This document shows positions 24,031-37,817 of a stretch of DNA of 64,000 nucleotides, piece after piece. A program made the translations under genes and the position numbers. The notes beneath the pieces were generated by a model that was not told the origin of the DNA, made no database searches, and saw only the letters and a program-made list of their open reading frames with translations. Each line of letters starts with the position of its first letter. The stretch's first letter is position 1. This stretch comes from Podarcis tiliguerta. Taxonomy: Eukaryota. Location: NCBI GenBank assembly GCA_965153285.1, contig OZ229116.1; one strand, given 5' to 3'.

Positions 24031-24844
24031 ATTATAAATATTATAAATTATAAATATAAGCCTCAACACTAAGCCCCTATAACAAAATCCAAAACATCCA
24101 CAGAAACTCAAAGGCAAAGACATCAACAGAAAAGAGAGCAATCAGGTAAAGCCTTTTTAGAGAGCCACATTGCTGCCAGCCTAAAACTGAAGAAGATAAA
24201 GAGTATAATGGGAAATAAGGTCTGGGGTGGGAGTAAGGATGTAGCTGGGCTTAGTGTAGAGGACAATAAGTTTGTTTGTTTATTTAAATACTTCCATGCT
24301 GCCTGTTGTCTGGGCATTCCAAAGCAGTGTACTGGATGTGGAATGGAAGAAAGGAGGGACACTGCCATAGCCTGAATGGTTATTTTCCATTTCATGCATG
24401 TGAGCAAGTTTTTATTTCACTTTATTTTGCACCAGCCTGTATCTGAAAGTAACCCAGAACATACTGAAATATGCGTTTGTTCTGAACTTCTTAGGGAGAT
24501 GCCATGACAAGAAAGTTTAATTCCAAGAAGAGGCTTGGGGGGGGGGGACTGGGAGAATGGTACCTTGTGACAACTTTCCCCAGTTTTAAAAAGTGTCCCT
24601 CAAAGCCTGGGGGGCCAGCTCCTAGGGGCCAAGTCTTTTTGGCCTTCCTATATATTTTTTTGGCAGAGGCCGGCCCCTGGTGTCCCAAAAGAGTGGAGCC
24701 AAAGCTCTGAGTGTGGCATGCCTCCAATGGCTGGTTCTCCTCCTCCTCCTGCCACGGAGTGGAAGGAGGGTCAAAGCAGCCTCCTGGTGGTGGCGGCGCC
24801 AAGAGGAGGAGGAGCTCTTGGCCATTGAGATGTGCAGTCATGTA

Positions 24845-25086
24845 CCCTGGTACCTTGGGTTAAGAACTTAATTCATTCTGGAGGTCTGTTCTTAACCTGA
24901 AATTGTTCTTAACCCGAGGTACCACTTTAGCTAATGGGGCCTGCTGCTGCTGCTGCGCCACCACTGCCCGATTTCTGTTCTCATCCTGAAGCAAAGTTCT
25001 TAACCTGAGGTAATATTTCTGGGTTAGCGGAGTCTGTAACCTGAAGCATATGTAACTTGAAGCGTATGTAACCCGAGGTACCACTG
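24845..25086. mobile_element. Tigger/pogo-like MITE (CAGTGGTACCTCGGGTT family)
   Basis: Mutated left TIR (CCCTGGTACC), intact right TIR, TA flanks. Confidence 0.88.
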
Positions 25087-27997
25087 TATTTGACTCTGTT
25101 CTTGGCTCCTCCTGGGATGTCCTGTCCAGGACATTGCGACATCATACGCACAAGGTCGGGACATAACGCATCCATTGTCTGACACAGACACACACCCCAA
25201 TCGCCCTCACAAGCTGGCACCTCTTCTCAAAGCAGAGTTTAAATGTCTGATTTCCTCTGGGGAGTTCCTGTACACAAGTTCTTGTTTTTAGTTTCGAACT
25301 TTGGTAGTCAAATTTGAAATTTCATAGGATGCTTATGAAGAGGAATGAGATGCCTTTTTGTGCACTCTAAACATGTTGCAGAAATGATGACAATGATGAT
25401 AATAATAATAGATGCTAGCAATGCTGCTGTGTCTGAGGCTATTCTTTGGAAGTTAGCAGGAGTGATCCCTTTAAAGGCAAAGCTTCCATAGCATTAAATC
25501 AAAGCTGCTTGTGAAAATAAAGAAAATCCATTTAATGCAAAGGCAAACCTAAATAAGATCAAGTAGGCAAGTGCCACTGGCACTTTCAAATTACAATCAA
25601 ATCAGCGAGAGCTATTAAGCCAACAGAGGGGAAACAAACAAGTGGCTTTGCCCTACTTTTCCTTGTTAGACATCTAAGAAAGGTCACCGTGAGAAGATTC
25701 TCTATAGAATTTCCATGCATAAAGATATCCCCCTCTTAAGGCATTATTTTGTTGGACAGTTTGGCAATGTTATCTCGAGAGGTGGCTAAACCTGTGCCCC
25801 CAAAATGGGTGAAATCACACCAAAAGTGACACTTCAGTCTGCCATCTTGTTTCAAAATGGTGGGTGGAGTTCAAACATTGACAATGACCACTGCTCCCAC
25901 CTTGGAAAACCTTGTGTCAAATATGGCGCTATCTCAAGAAGCATCTGAACCTATAGAGAACAAATGGACAAGTGAACAAACCACTTTCCAAAATACATAG
26001 TGGATCAAGTAAGCTATAGATCAAAATACGTATAGACATAAGTAAACATAAGAAAGCTAGCTTGGTAAATTTGAGATAAATCCTAAAACTTCTCCTAAAA
26101 CTTACAACTTTGTTATGAATCATGTTATGTATAGCACATATAATGTTTTTAAAAATATGTGATGGGTTACTTTGCTGCTGCTACCCGATTCAGTCCATTA
26201 TGTTTCAGCAAGAATACTTTATTGGAGTTTTCATCAGTTCCATTCACCTGCATTTTTATTAACTGGGGTCAGAGAGCTCTCTGCATTACTGGAAGCTCTC
26301 TGCTCGCCTGATAAAGGTGTGGATGTGAATGTGCTGCCTCTGCATCGTTTTGTTCCGGAAAGGGTGGTGATCTTGGGTTGCTAGGAGGCCGCATCCATTG
26401 TGTGACTATATGGCAGCCTGCTGTTATTACCATCCATAGTTCCTTTTTTGTTCTCATTTCTTATACAGTACATTACAGCGTGCTTTGTGCCTCTTAGTGC
26501 AAAGCCTGTCATTATTCTTTCTGTGCCACTATCTTATCCGCCTTGCATCTCTGAATGTTATTACCGTTCTGCCATTTTAGTTCAGTCATCTTTTTACCAC
26601 TATCCTCACAAAAAATGTTAGACTCCCTCTCTTAAACTACTTTTTCATTAATGCTGTGTGTTGAAGGCAAAGGCAGAAACATTGGGTGTCAGTCACAGTG
26701 GATGCACAGAATCTGCTAGCTCAAAATATGGTGGCCAAGTGAAATCTGCAACAAAACGCCATAGTGTGGAGTGGTCCCATTCTGTGACATTTCCTTTCCC
26801 TCTGTGCAGCTATTGGTCAGCATTGCACAACCACTGAGCATGCTCAGTCTTCATTGGCCAGTTGCTGTTGTTCCCCATCCTTATGTCTTTCCCCTCCCCA
26901 ACCACTTTCTTTGTACTTCTGCAAATCTCAGGGTTCCCTCAAGCCAGCCGATACCTTTCCCTCAGGGTCCAACTTTTGACACACACAACCCAGCCCTTGA
27001 CAGGGTCCTAGAGTCCTCCCATCTCCTCCCCAAAGCTGGGAAAGCACCAACAAGGCTTTGGGAAGGAGGTGGGAGGACTCTAGGACCCTCTCAAGTCGTC
27101 ACACCTCTTTCCCAAAGCCCAGTGCATCGTTTACCTGGATTTGGGGCAGTAGCACAAGGGCTGGAGGGGGGACATCAAATGTTGTCAAGGGCCACCGAAA
27201 AAGGCATCCCTAGGGCTGCGTGTTGAACTGCTTTGCCTTTCTTATGTGTGCTACTGTTTTGGCTGTATAACTGATGATACAGCCTGAGTGCCAGAAACAG
27301 AGGGAACTATGCTTTTACAAGGGAATTCCACAAATTCCTAGATAATAGGTTGAGTGGCAGCTGTAAGCTACAATAGCTAAGTGAAAACTGTGTATTAATC
27401 TTACCCTTGATGGTGGAAGCAGAGAAGATGAGATGATCATTACTTCCATCCCCTGCTGGTCAGCTTTCAAGGCTGGTTGCTGATGGAAACTGAATGGGCT
27501 TAATGGGTTTTTGCTCCAAACTAGCAAGGCTACTTATTTACTGGTAGCCAATAAATCTTATCCAGTATGTCACCTGGGTAGTTCCCAAAACAAGTCACTT
27601 GGGGTGTGTATTTGTTTCAGAATGAAGGGGTGGGAGGGGTGGGATCAAATGAGAACCATTTAGGAACTAAGATGCTTACAGAAATGGACTTTTGGACTTG
27701 ATGTTTATTTTCACCTTTAAGGAAGTCTGCAGTGCTGTGGTATCTCTTTTGCACCTCATGTATCTATGAAACATTATCTGCTGGAATGAAAATAATTGTT
27801 CCTCTTCAATCCACAAAATTTAGTTTCTTCATCATAAGAAGTTGTCACTTCCCTGCAGTCTTCCTGGTGTGTTCTCTCAGCAGACTGGCAAGCCATCTTG
27901 GTCTTGAGTCTTGACCATTAATGAAATATAACCTGGTGCCCTGAGCACTTTCAGGTGAAGCCTTCCTTGACTTTAGACTCAGGTATGCTTGGTGTAA

Positions 27998-28354
27998 GGG
28001 ACGCGGGTGGCGCTGTGGTCTAAATCACAGAGCCTAGGGCTTGCCGATCAGAAGGTTGATGGTTCGAATCCCTGCAACGGGGTGAGCTCCCGTTGCTCAG
28101 TCCCTGCTCCTGCCAACCTAGCAGTTCGAAAGCACATCAAAGTGCAAGTAGATAAATAGGTACCACTCCGGTGGGAAGGTAAATGGTGTTTCCGTGCGCT
28201 GCTCTGGTTCGTCAGAAGCAGCTTAGTCATGCTGGCCACATGACCCGGAAGCTGTACGCCGGCTCCCTCGGCCAATAAAGCGAGATGAGCGCCGCAACCC
28301 CAGAGTCGGTCACGACTGGACCTAATGGTCAGGGGTCCCTTTACCCTTTACCTT
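27998..28354 (+). mobile_element. Sauria SINE with TSD
   Basis: Full length; TSD TATGCTTGGT(G/A)T at 27984-27995 and 28355-28366. Confidence 0.95.
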
Positions 28355-28534
28355 TATGCTTGGTATGCATCTGTGTATATTTGCGTCAAGCCCTTAAAAA
28401 AACCCCAAAGCAAAACAAAGCAACATTGTTTTCACACTGAAGTGGTAGACATGTGTCTGGACTGTACTCAGTCAGGCTGTGTAAGGTGAAGCCCATGTGG
28501 CTGAGTGCTCATCCATGCAAATATAATACATATT

Positions 28535-28536
28535 TC

Positions 28537-28591
<55 letters not shown>

Positions 28592-28610
28592 GTGTGTGTG
28601 TGTGTATGTG
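28535..28610. repeat. Compound microsatellite (TCTG)n(TC)n(TG)n
   Basis: Direct inspection. Confidence 0.95.
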
Positions 28611-28684
28611 TACATATTCTTGCACAAAATAAGCTAACAGCCTTCTCCCTTGATAGCTAGCCTTGTATAGAGAAGCATCCAATC

Positions 28685-28747
28685 ATGTTGAGATTAGACT
28701 GGATGATCTTTGGGGTCCCTTCCAACTCTACAATTCTGTGATTCCAT
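28685..28747 (+). mobile_element. CR1 LINE 3' end
   Basis: GACTGGATGATCTTTGGGGTCCCTTCCAACTCTACAATTCTGTGATTC. Confidence 0.8.
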
Positions 28748-28794
28748 GTCAGCCCTTTATCTACAGCTAGGAGTAGTACAGCTGGGGTGTGTGG

Positions 28795-29251
28795 CAGGGG
28801 TAATGTCAAGTTTGGATTCACTCAGTTTCTCTTTTTTCCAATCTTAGTTTATTTCTCCACATTTCCACATTAGTTTGAATTTTTTAAAATAAAAATAAAA
28901 AGGGTACTCAAAATAAAAAGGGCACCAGAATTTTAGTGTGAATTTCTCCTAATATACACATTTTGGTACACAACTTCTCATATGCTTTGCATTTTTGCAA
29001 TGCAACTTCACATAATGTAATGTGCTTTTGTGTATGTTGTAGTTTGCCAATATATGCATTTACATGCACACTTGACCCTAGCATATGCATTTTTGTGCAC
29101 GTGTCTTAGCTGGCGAACTGCATTGAAAAATTTGGAGACTTGCGCATTTCAAACAGTGACTGTGGTTCAGTGCTTATTTTGTTTTGGAAAGGCTGAATTT
29201 GGTAAGTTTGCCCTTGAACCTGAACTGAATTGAGTTTCTCTCCCCTCCCTA
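28795..29251. mobile_element. Old non-autonomous DNA transposon (hAT-like); related copy in opposite orientation at 48817-49246
   Basis: The two regions are diverged reverse complements (e.g. TTTCTCCACATTTC vs GAAATGTGGAAAA; TGCATTTTTG repeats); ends in ...CCCTCCCTA. Confidence 0.6.
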
Positions 29252-29859
29252 GGTTCAGCCCAGGAACAGGTTTATCACTTCGGTGAGAGTAAAGTGGAAG
29301 AGAGGGTATGATAGTCTGCCATCTCAACTGACAGGCTTCTCTTGGATTATGATGTCACTGAGGCAGCCTGTCACTCATCGACACTTAGCACTGTGCCTTG
29401 ATAATGGCTTTGGGTAGCTGTAAATCTATCTCCTTACTCCTGTAAAGGACTATTGTGTTATCTCTTTCACTGAGTGTATTTATAGGGGCTTAAAGAAATA
29501 GAAAACACACACACTGCAAGTGATTGGCCTGGGGCTATCTTGGCACTTCGGAGAGCAAAAGAACATTCACTCATCTTGTGGCCACTACAAGATGCGTTTG
29601 CTTTTGCCTTTTGACAAATATGTGTCAGTTAAAGTCCGAAAAGGGAGAATCACTTAATGGTGTGGGCAGCTTAGGTAACAGTGGCTGCTGATGTCTCAGA
29701 CACTTTCTGGAGCCTGGTAGCATTTGAAAAGAGACCCAAAATGAGGGAGGTTGCTGGTCTTTCTTTTGGAGATCAACCTAGATTATTCAGTTTCTTTAAA
29801 ACTGATATAATAAAGTGTTGGACTGACATTCTGCAGCAGCAAACCAGGTTTCCGACCAT

Positions 29860-30492
29860 GTAGACCGGCCACCAACGTGCACAGCTTTAAAGGGAGATTA
29901 GGAGAATTCATGGCAGATAAGGCTATCTCTGGCTACAACCTGCAGTGTAAGAGGCAGCTTTTATCTGAATGTTAGTTGCTGGGGATCATGACAGAGAGTG
30001 CTCTCTTCACAGGTGGCCCATCCCATTTTGCCACCTGAGGCAAAACAGGATTGCCACTTCCTGCCCCCACCATACCCCCCACTTCTGCCAGCATCCCCAT
30101 CCCCACCATGCCCTGTTCTCACCAAACTAAGTTGGAGCCAGTGTGCTCCTCAAAATGTTGCCACTTGTCTTCTCCCCACCAGGGTGGCGGGAGGGGATGA
30201 CAGAATACCCACTGTCACGACAGGAAGCAGCAGGGCAAGCACTTTTGCTACCCGAGGCAAGCACTTCAACCTGCCTAATAGGCGGGCCGGCTCTGGCTGT
30301 TTGGCTCCTCCCATTTATCACCGTGAGAACAGGGCACAGGATGCGGTGGGCGTTTGGCCTGAGCACAAGACTATTGCATTCATGTCCTGCTTGTTGTCTT
30401 CCCATAGCTATCTGGTTAGCCACTGGGGGAACAGAATGCTGGACTAGATGGGCCTTTAGTTTGATCCAAGTGGGATTTTCTAACTTTCGTAT
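29860..30492 (+). mobile_element. Old CR1 3' fragment interrupted by a GC-rich insertion (~30009-30368)
   Basis: FKGRLGEFMADKAI-type ORF2 end; 3' UTR ...GAACAGAATGCTGGACTAGATGGGCCTTTAGTTTGATCC resumes after the insert. Confidence 0.65.
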
Positions 30493-30826
30493 GATCAACA
30501 TTGTGGCGGTCCTTTAAAAAAAGCTGTCTGTTACCACAGGGAGAAGTAGCTGCGCTGGATTTTAATTCCATTTTACCAGATCTATTCTAAGCAATCTGAA
30601 TCCTGAAAATGAACTGTTGCTTCACTGAGAAGCAAATTAACTGTTCCTTCTCATAACTAGGTGACCTGCATATTAAGATTCTATTGAGGTTTAAAAGACT
30701 AGTCACTACTTCAAGCATTCTGGTATTTATAACACTGCTTTGTTTTTGCTTCAAACACTCTGTACGGATCAGAAATCTTTTCCTTTCCTTCCAGTGTCCA
30801 GGCTGTGAGTGCCATTGTTCATGTAG

Positions 30827-30871
<45 letters not shown>
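30827..30871. repeat. (AAT)n microsatellite
   Basis: Direct inspection. Confidence 0.97.
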
Positions 30872-30872
<1 letters not shown>

Positions 30873-32282
30873 CACACACACTTATAAGTGAACTCACAGT
30901 CATTTCACACAAATGTCCGCACCTGGCTACCTAAAGCCTTTTTCATTTCCGCAGACTATATATATATATATTTAGGAAAGTAATTTTGTTGTTGCTATTG
31001 TTAAACAACTGAGAGTCAGAAATCCTGGCCAGTCTACTGCAAATCCATCCAGAGATCCAATCATAGATCTATCTTCTGCCCACTCCTTCACCAAAGTACC
31101 TTTTCTGTCCTTGTTAACGAGGAATATTTTTAATTAAAAATAAAAAGACAGCATGGGAGCTTGCTTGCCTGTAGCATTCACACAGCTTCACTAATTTTGA
31201 AAAATTCAGAATAGAGTTTTGCCACTTTAGAGATAATCCATGAAAGCTCTTTTCCTGTAGATGGCAATAAATCATGCCCTCCACTAAAAGCTTGGATGTC
31301 ACTGGAAATTTATTGCACAGAGCTGGTAGTGGACTTAAAAGCCATTTCACATGTCTTATTACTTCAGTCATCTAATTTATGAGTTTCAGCCACCATTGTA
31401 GTTGGAAAAGTGTTTTCCTTCATCTGGATAATATGATCTCTGCATTTTCATTTCATTTTCTTTCTTGGCCTGGATCATTCACTTTTCTTATAATTGCAAC
31501 AGCATCAAGGCAGCAGTTTCAGATATGAAACGGAAAGAAAAGTCCCCCCTAAAGACAGGATAGTAGAGGTGGGCTGGGCACTTCTAGCTTGTCGTTGCAC
31601 TTGTCACAAGGTCTTGTGCTTACCATAAGCTGAAAAAGTTTGCCCTGGGGTTAGGAGAAGATGTCATGAGCTCCTATATCTGCATGCAAGGGGAAAAGAA
31701 GACAACCTATTAAAACACAGGTGAGGTAAGCCTAAGTAACACATTTAACACAATAAATGGTGAGATGCTGGTGCTCGTGATGCTACGGTTGTAGCAGAGC
31801 TACTTCATATGGGCATCGTAAAAACCAGCTCAAGTCTGAAAATTAGTTTTCAGAAAGTTGTGTTGCAACTAAGGACCAAACTGGACATGGCATCAAACTG
31901 GTGCCAGTAGGATATTTCCTCTCAATGTAAGGTAATTTATTCAAATAACGCTTAGTTGCCAAGGTGGCTTCTAAATGGTTTACATGTAGCAATCATAAGT
32001 TGTGATAATACTAACAATCACTTGAATGAGTTTGGATCTAGTCAGTGCCTGGATAAGAAACTGACTGGGAACCCCAGATACCTAACCTTGAGTTCCATGA
32101 TGGAAGAAAGGAACAACATAGCATAGGTAGAGTTTTTGCAAAGACTGATGTGCCCTCACATTCTTCATTATTTTTAGCTGTGCTTCATAACAAAATTAAG
32201 GGTGGAGGCTCAGGGACTGCATACAGTTCTTCATTCCTCTTTGTTTGGCCCTTACTCTACCCGGCCATGGCTGCCTCCAGAC

Positions 32283-33102
32283 CAGGGGTCAGCAAACTTT
32301 TTCAGCAGGGGGCCGGTCCACTGTCCCTCAGACCTTGTGGAGGGCCGGACTATATGTTGCCATGATAATGACCCACATTTTTGGCAAAAGCCCTTATTGG
32401 GACCAACCCCAACGTTGCCCAAAGGTGATTATTTGGGGGGGGCTTCCCCTCAAACACCCACGCTGCTTCCTTTGTGTTTTACGCATTGACAGTTATTATT
32501 TCTCTCGTAAGGCGGGGGAAAGAGAGGTAAGCGCGCCATTCCTGTCAGCCCTGGAGAGCATGGGTGAAGGGAAAAGCCGTTGACCACGCTAAGTCAGGCC
32601 GGCGCTGCTCAAGCAAAAACGTTCTTTTACTCACATGAGGGAAGACGAGGCAGCGGCTATTTACCTTTCCATGGCTCACACCGTGTAGCTAATGAGTGCC
32701 CCCCCCAACAGAACTGCTTTGGCATGCAGCCCCCCAGGCGCTCCCTGCTTCCTCTGGTGGGGAACACCGCCACCACAGACACCGGTGGGCATCGCTCCCA
32801 AGGTGCCTCCGAGCCCCTGCCACTGCAACTGCCCTCCCTGAGGTCAGTCACTGGCAGCTCCATGGTGGAAATCTGAACTGTGGCTCCTTTTCCCTCTTCC
32901 CCACCCCCCACCCCGGATGGAGAAGGGGTTTTGTCTTGAGCAGCCACCTGCCTCACTTTTGACCCCCAAGCCCGGATGAGTCACAAAAACCATAATGCGT
33001 GCACACTATGCCAGCTGCGTGGATTCCCGGACCATCCGTGGGCCGCATCTAGAAGGCAGTTGGGCCTGATCCGGCCTGTGGGCCTTAGTTTGCTGACCCA
33101 TG
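32283..33102. mobile_element. hAT (Charlie-like) non-autonomous element, 820 bp
   Basis: TIRs CAGGGGTCAGCAAACT / AGTTTGCTGACCCATG; perfect 8-bp TSD CTCCAGAC (32275-32282, 33103-33110). Confidence 0.92.
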
Positions 33103-34062
33103 CTCCAGACTATACCTCTCACTGGTGATTTACCTGGCTGGAATGTATTGAGCTGTGGCCATGCCTCTTGCTTACCTGGACAGAGAGTGGTGTGCGTTTA
33201 TGTAAAGCAATGGGGTCAATGTGAAGTAATGGACAAGAACTGAAAGCACATGTATGTCCTGAAGTTTAACACTGGAATTCTTCAAATCCCGATCACCTCA
33301 TGACGTGAATCCAACAGGAAACTAAGACGAAGCCAGGCAAAGAAAAGGAAAATGACAATCTCACAAAAGCTAAAGAAGACAGACTTTTAAATATGGGGAT
33401 GAGCTGATTCTGTCTTTTGGGACTCTTCCTTTATGATTCTAATGCTGTTTGAAAAGTCAGTGCTATAATCCAGAACACAGCACTCAAAGTCCCAAGGTGA
33501 CGTATACTAATGAGAACTGCTTAGGTTTTTAATAGCTTCTCATTGATTTCAATTTCAGAACAATGCATAATAATAGCACCAAGATACAAACAGATGACTT
33601 AAATATAATGAAATAAAATTAATGAATAGCAGCACATGCCACACTTTCTACATGATTGTTGCTTTTTAATATATGAACGGCACAAATTCAGCTGTAATAC
33701 TGAACTCCACTAAAGCCAAACTAAGTTTCAAAGTTCAAATGTATTGTCAGGAGACCGTAAGTCATAAGGCATAGTCTGTATTGTAAATTGCTTTTGAAAT
33801 TCAGTCAACAAAGCAAGTATAATATCTGTACGAGAGTCATTGCCATTATTCATCTTCAGAATTGTCAACTGTCATGGAGGCACCCTAGAACACGTGGCGG
33901 GTGACGACGACATGAATGGAGAGTAGAGTTAATGTATTCATGCACACCCTTGCTCGTATGTTGATTTAAGCCAATTTCATAATGCCTGAATAGGGTGTAA
34001 CCCACAAATACTTCCTAGTAAGTCGGTATAGGATTGCAGTCTTAGTCTGGATACAACCAGTT

Positions 34063-34378
34063 AGAGCCAGTGTGTTGTAGTGGCATAAGTGCCAGTCTAG
34101 GACCTGGGAGACTGCTGAGCCATGAAGCTCATTGGGTGAACTTTGGCCAGTCATGGTCTCTGAGCTTAACCTGCCCCACATGGTTGTTGTGAGGATAGTT
34201 TCCCCCCTCCCCATTCTATCTATTTGTTTATTTCATTTTTTAAAAACCCACTGCTGGATTGTAATAAAACTCACGACAGTTTACAAATAGAATAAAATAA
34301 TAAGGAAAAAACAGAAACAACTATATGCCGCCTTGAGCTTCTTGAAGGAAATGTCGGATAGAAAACAAACAAATAAAT
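34063..34378 (+). mobile_element. Squam3-type tRNA-derived SINE, degenerate and interrupted
   Basis: Head AGAGCCAGTGTGTTGTAGTGG, body GCCATGAAGCTCATTGGGTGA...GTTGTTGTGAGGAT, tail GCCGCCTTGAGCTTCTTGAAGGAAA. Confidence 0.7.
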
Positions 34379-35814
34379 TACTACCACTTCTTCTTCTTCT
34401 TCTACTACTACTACTACTACTACTATTACTTATCATCACCATTATAAAAATGTGCATAGCTTCATCTTTTGTTGTTCCCTTGGTCATGCCACTGTGACAG
34501 ATAATTGGGAGAGATGGGCAGATTACTGGGAACTGGTGTTTTTCCTGCTTTCTTGATGGAATGGGATGAATGAGAACGCCGGTCAGGATGGGGCAGAGGT
34601 GGTAAGCAAAAGAAGGTGGGCATTTTGGAAGAGGATAAGTGAAGGGAAATCCAGCATCCCAAATGCCAGCACAGGATGATGTTTCACACTTAATAGCATG
34701 CCGATCACCTAGACATACTTGTCTGAAGTGTGCACTTGTGTAATTAACACCAGGCACTTCAAAACGTAGATAAATTCAGCGACAAGAGCTCTGTTAAGTG
34801 CAGAGTAGACCCACGAAGGGCAAGAAAATCTAAAAGCCACACAGCAAATAAATTATTGCCCTCAATAGCCAGCACACTAGTCTTAATTCTGTCTTGCAGC
34901 AAGGATAAACAAGATGTAGGGGAAACCTCAAAACCAAGAAATGACATCTTTGCAACCAGGAGAAACATGAAAGTGTGAAAATATGATGCGTGTGACCTGA
35001 CAGAAGTTCGGAGGGCCAGAGGCCTGGAGGACTGCATTCAGACTCCAGACTTGAGCTTCCCTGTTCCTGCTCTAGCCACTACACTAATGTCATCTTCTGT
35101 ATGCAAACTGTTGTGTTTTCCTTTGGCATTAGGAAGCACCATGCATTTTGGTTTCTCCACTGGCACGAAGCCACAGTTTTAAAAACAATGTGGGTCTATA
35201 CAAATCAGCCCTGCATTCATTGGTGAGCTGGTGGCACCTAATTTCAGCTTCAAAACAGGGAGCATTGCCCAAGGTAAAATGAGTTCTATACATGATTATT
35301 TACTGTCTCTCGGCACTCCACCCCCAACATTTAATTAGACTCCGAGACAGGCACAGAGGCATTATATACTACACAATATGTGTTGTTGTAGCTTGTTTAC
35401 TTTAATGATAAGGATTCTGTGTTGAGTTCAGTTAATTGGTATCAAAAAAGGAAATGTCTGGACTGAACAAAACTGATGTGACTGAGCTACATCGCCTTTA
35501 TTTCTCCAAATGTCTCTGGATTTCTGAGCCAAGACGTGGTATGGTTTGCAATATTGCAGGCAAGAAAAGAAAAGAAAAAACACCCTCATGGCTATTCTTC
35601 TTTCTTTAGCACAGGAGGTATCAAATCTCTTCAGCAGCAATCTTCCATTTTTTAAGAAATAAATTTTAAGCTACTTAAAAAAATAATCAGACAGACAATA
35701 GGAAAGAAGTAGCTACGAAGTTACTGTGACAGGTCTGATTTTGGTCCACACTAGTGAGGAAAGGACTGAGCAATCAATCACTTTCCCATATAAAGGGTTC
35801 AGAGGTTTATGGAT

Positions 35815-36135
35815 GTGGAACACCTGTCCTGGACAGGACTCTGCTTCCCTTTAAAGAGGATGTTCACAGCTTGGGGGTGCTGTTAGACCCTTAACACTGG
35901 AAGTTCAGTTAGCATCTGTTCAGGTGTGACAGAAGACGTATTTCACCTGCTTGGGCTACTGCATCAGTTGCAGCTCTTCCCAAACAGAAATTGCCTTCCA
36001 CAGTTACTAATGTTCAGGGAGCATCCAGGTTAGATTGCTGCAATGTCTTATGCATGAGGTTGCCTTGGAGACTATGCGGAAACTTCAGAAAGTCCAGAGA
36101 AAAGCAGCTGTTTTGTTAACTGGGGTGTGCCAGTT
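35815..36135 (+). mobile_element. L2-clade LINE ORF2 fragment
   Basis: PVLDRTLLPFKEDVHSLGVLLDP...SRLDCCN...LETMRKLQKVQRKAAVLLTG. Confidence 0.8.
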
Positions 36136-37004
36136 TGATCAGAGTGGCAATTGGGGAGAGGGTCTTCTCTACTGTTGTAAACCCTTACCAAATATATTTA
36201 TGGGGCACCAAGATTGCTAGCACCCAGGTGTCAAATTAAGATTGCTTTATGTCCCCAGGCTTTTAATGGTTGGACTCTGGCTCCACTTTAACTTTTTACT
36301 GTTCTGTTGCTTTATTATTTTATTGCTCTTGTTCTGGTTTTTTTTTAAACTGGCTGCTGTTTTATTGTTTCAGCTATTGCAGCCACCAGTTGTGTCTACC
36401 CTCTGCTGGTTTGTTCCAATATTTCTGGCCAACACTTTTTTAAAAATACAGAGTTATTGCTTGTTATAATGGCTTTAATCCAGATTTCTTAATTGTAATC
36501 TTACTGATTTTTAGCTGTGCACCACTTTGAGGACTCCCAAGTGAGAAAGCAACATACAAATATTTTAAATAAAACAAACCTAATACCTCAATAGCCAAAT
36601 ATCAGCAGATGAAAAACAAGCATAATGCCATTGAGCAACATGGCACTTCAGTAATACTGAAGTAGGATAAAGTTTAACGCACCTACAAAGTGTGTACATC
36701 CAGCTGTATTCTGACAAGGCCAGGACACGTTCAAAGAAACTGGAGCTTATAATAGTTCCTTCTGCCTAAGCAAAAGCCCTTTGTTCCTCCTCCTTAAGGT
36801 AGAGCAGTGAGGCTCATACAGGAGTGCATCTGGGCAAATTTCCCAGGTCAACTGTTTGCTGCAGAGCAAGCTCATCCTTCTTCATTACAATGCAGTCCCA
36901 GAGGCCTGCTGCACAACAACAGACATAACAAGATATTAAGGTGCGCCAGACCTGAGAACAAACTGCCCACTTGCTAATATATTGAAGACATAGACACATA
37001 GTGG

Positions 37005-37225
37005 ATTCCACCTGAGTCCTTATGCTCCACCTCGAGCACTGAGATCTTCTAATGAGGCACTTTTTGTTGGCCCCCCGTGCCCCTAGGCCTTCACTGGGGA
37101 TCAAGCCTTTGGTGTGGCAGGCAGTGTTGTATGGAAGTCCTTCCGCTTAGAAGTTTGGCAGGAGAAATCTCTGCTTTCCTCAGGACAACTTTTTAAAATG
37201 GTACCATTCAAAGAGGCCTTTGGAA
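37005..37225 (+). mobile_element. L2-clade LINE ORF2 C-terminal fragment
   Basis: HLSPYAPPRALRSSNEALF...AFGVAGSVVWKSF..EV...FKEAF. Confidence 0.7.
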
Positions 37226-37678
37226 TTTGGGTGCTAAATGGTCCCTTCAGGTGACTGGATGTGGTATCTCTGCATCTCCTTAAAGCTTAAGGTATGACAG
37301 CATCTAAGAAATGCCTTAGTCTTCCCTAGAGAAATCCAGCTTTCCTTCATCTTATTTACACCAATTCATTAGAATTAACTTCAACCGATTCCCACGCCCC
37401 TTACACACAACTGGGGGGAAATTAGCTGGTAATTAATACTTTTATTTCTGGGCATTCTTCAACAGCCCGAGTTAACTGATGGACACTGCCGAGCTGGCAG
37501 GCCAAATTTTTACTTCTGTAATGCATACATTTGAAGTAGTCTGCTGTTCTCATTGAGGGTTTTTTCCCAGGCATTCAGACTGGGCATCACAGGTTTGGGG
37601 AAACTGGGGCAGAAAGAAAATGTGTGTCTATATACCCCAGGGTATTCAAGTCTCAGGAACATAATTATCTGCCCAGGT

Positions 37679-37817
37679 CAGGGGTTGTCAACATGACTCT
37701 TTCCAGATGTCATTGGACTCCAACTCCCATCAGCCCTAGCTCAGCATAGCCAATGATCAGAGGTGATGGGAGTTGTAGTCCAGCAACATCTGGAGAGCCA
37801 CAGTTTCTCCATCCCTA
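37679..37817. mobile_element. Palindromic hAT MITE (CAACTCCCATCA/TGATGGGAGTTG family)
   Basis: Internal palindrome shared with 51268-51405 and 42520-42658. Confidence 0.8.

Noticed and set aside
30587-30877. Poly-tyrosine ORF
   Set aside because: Translation of an (AAT)n microsatellite.
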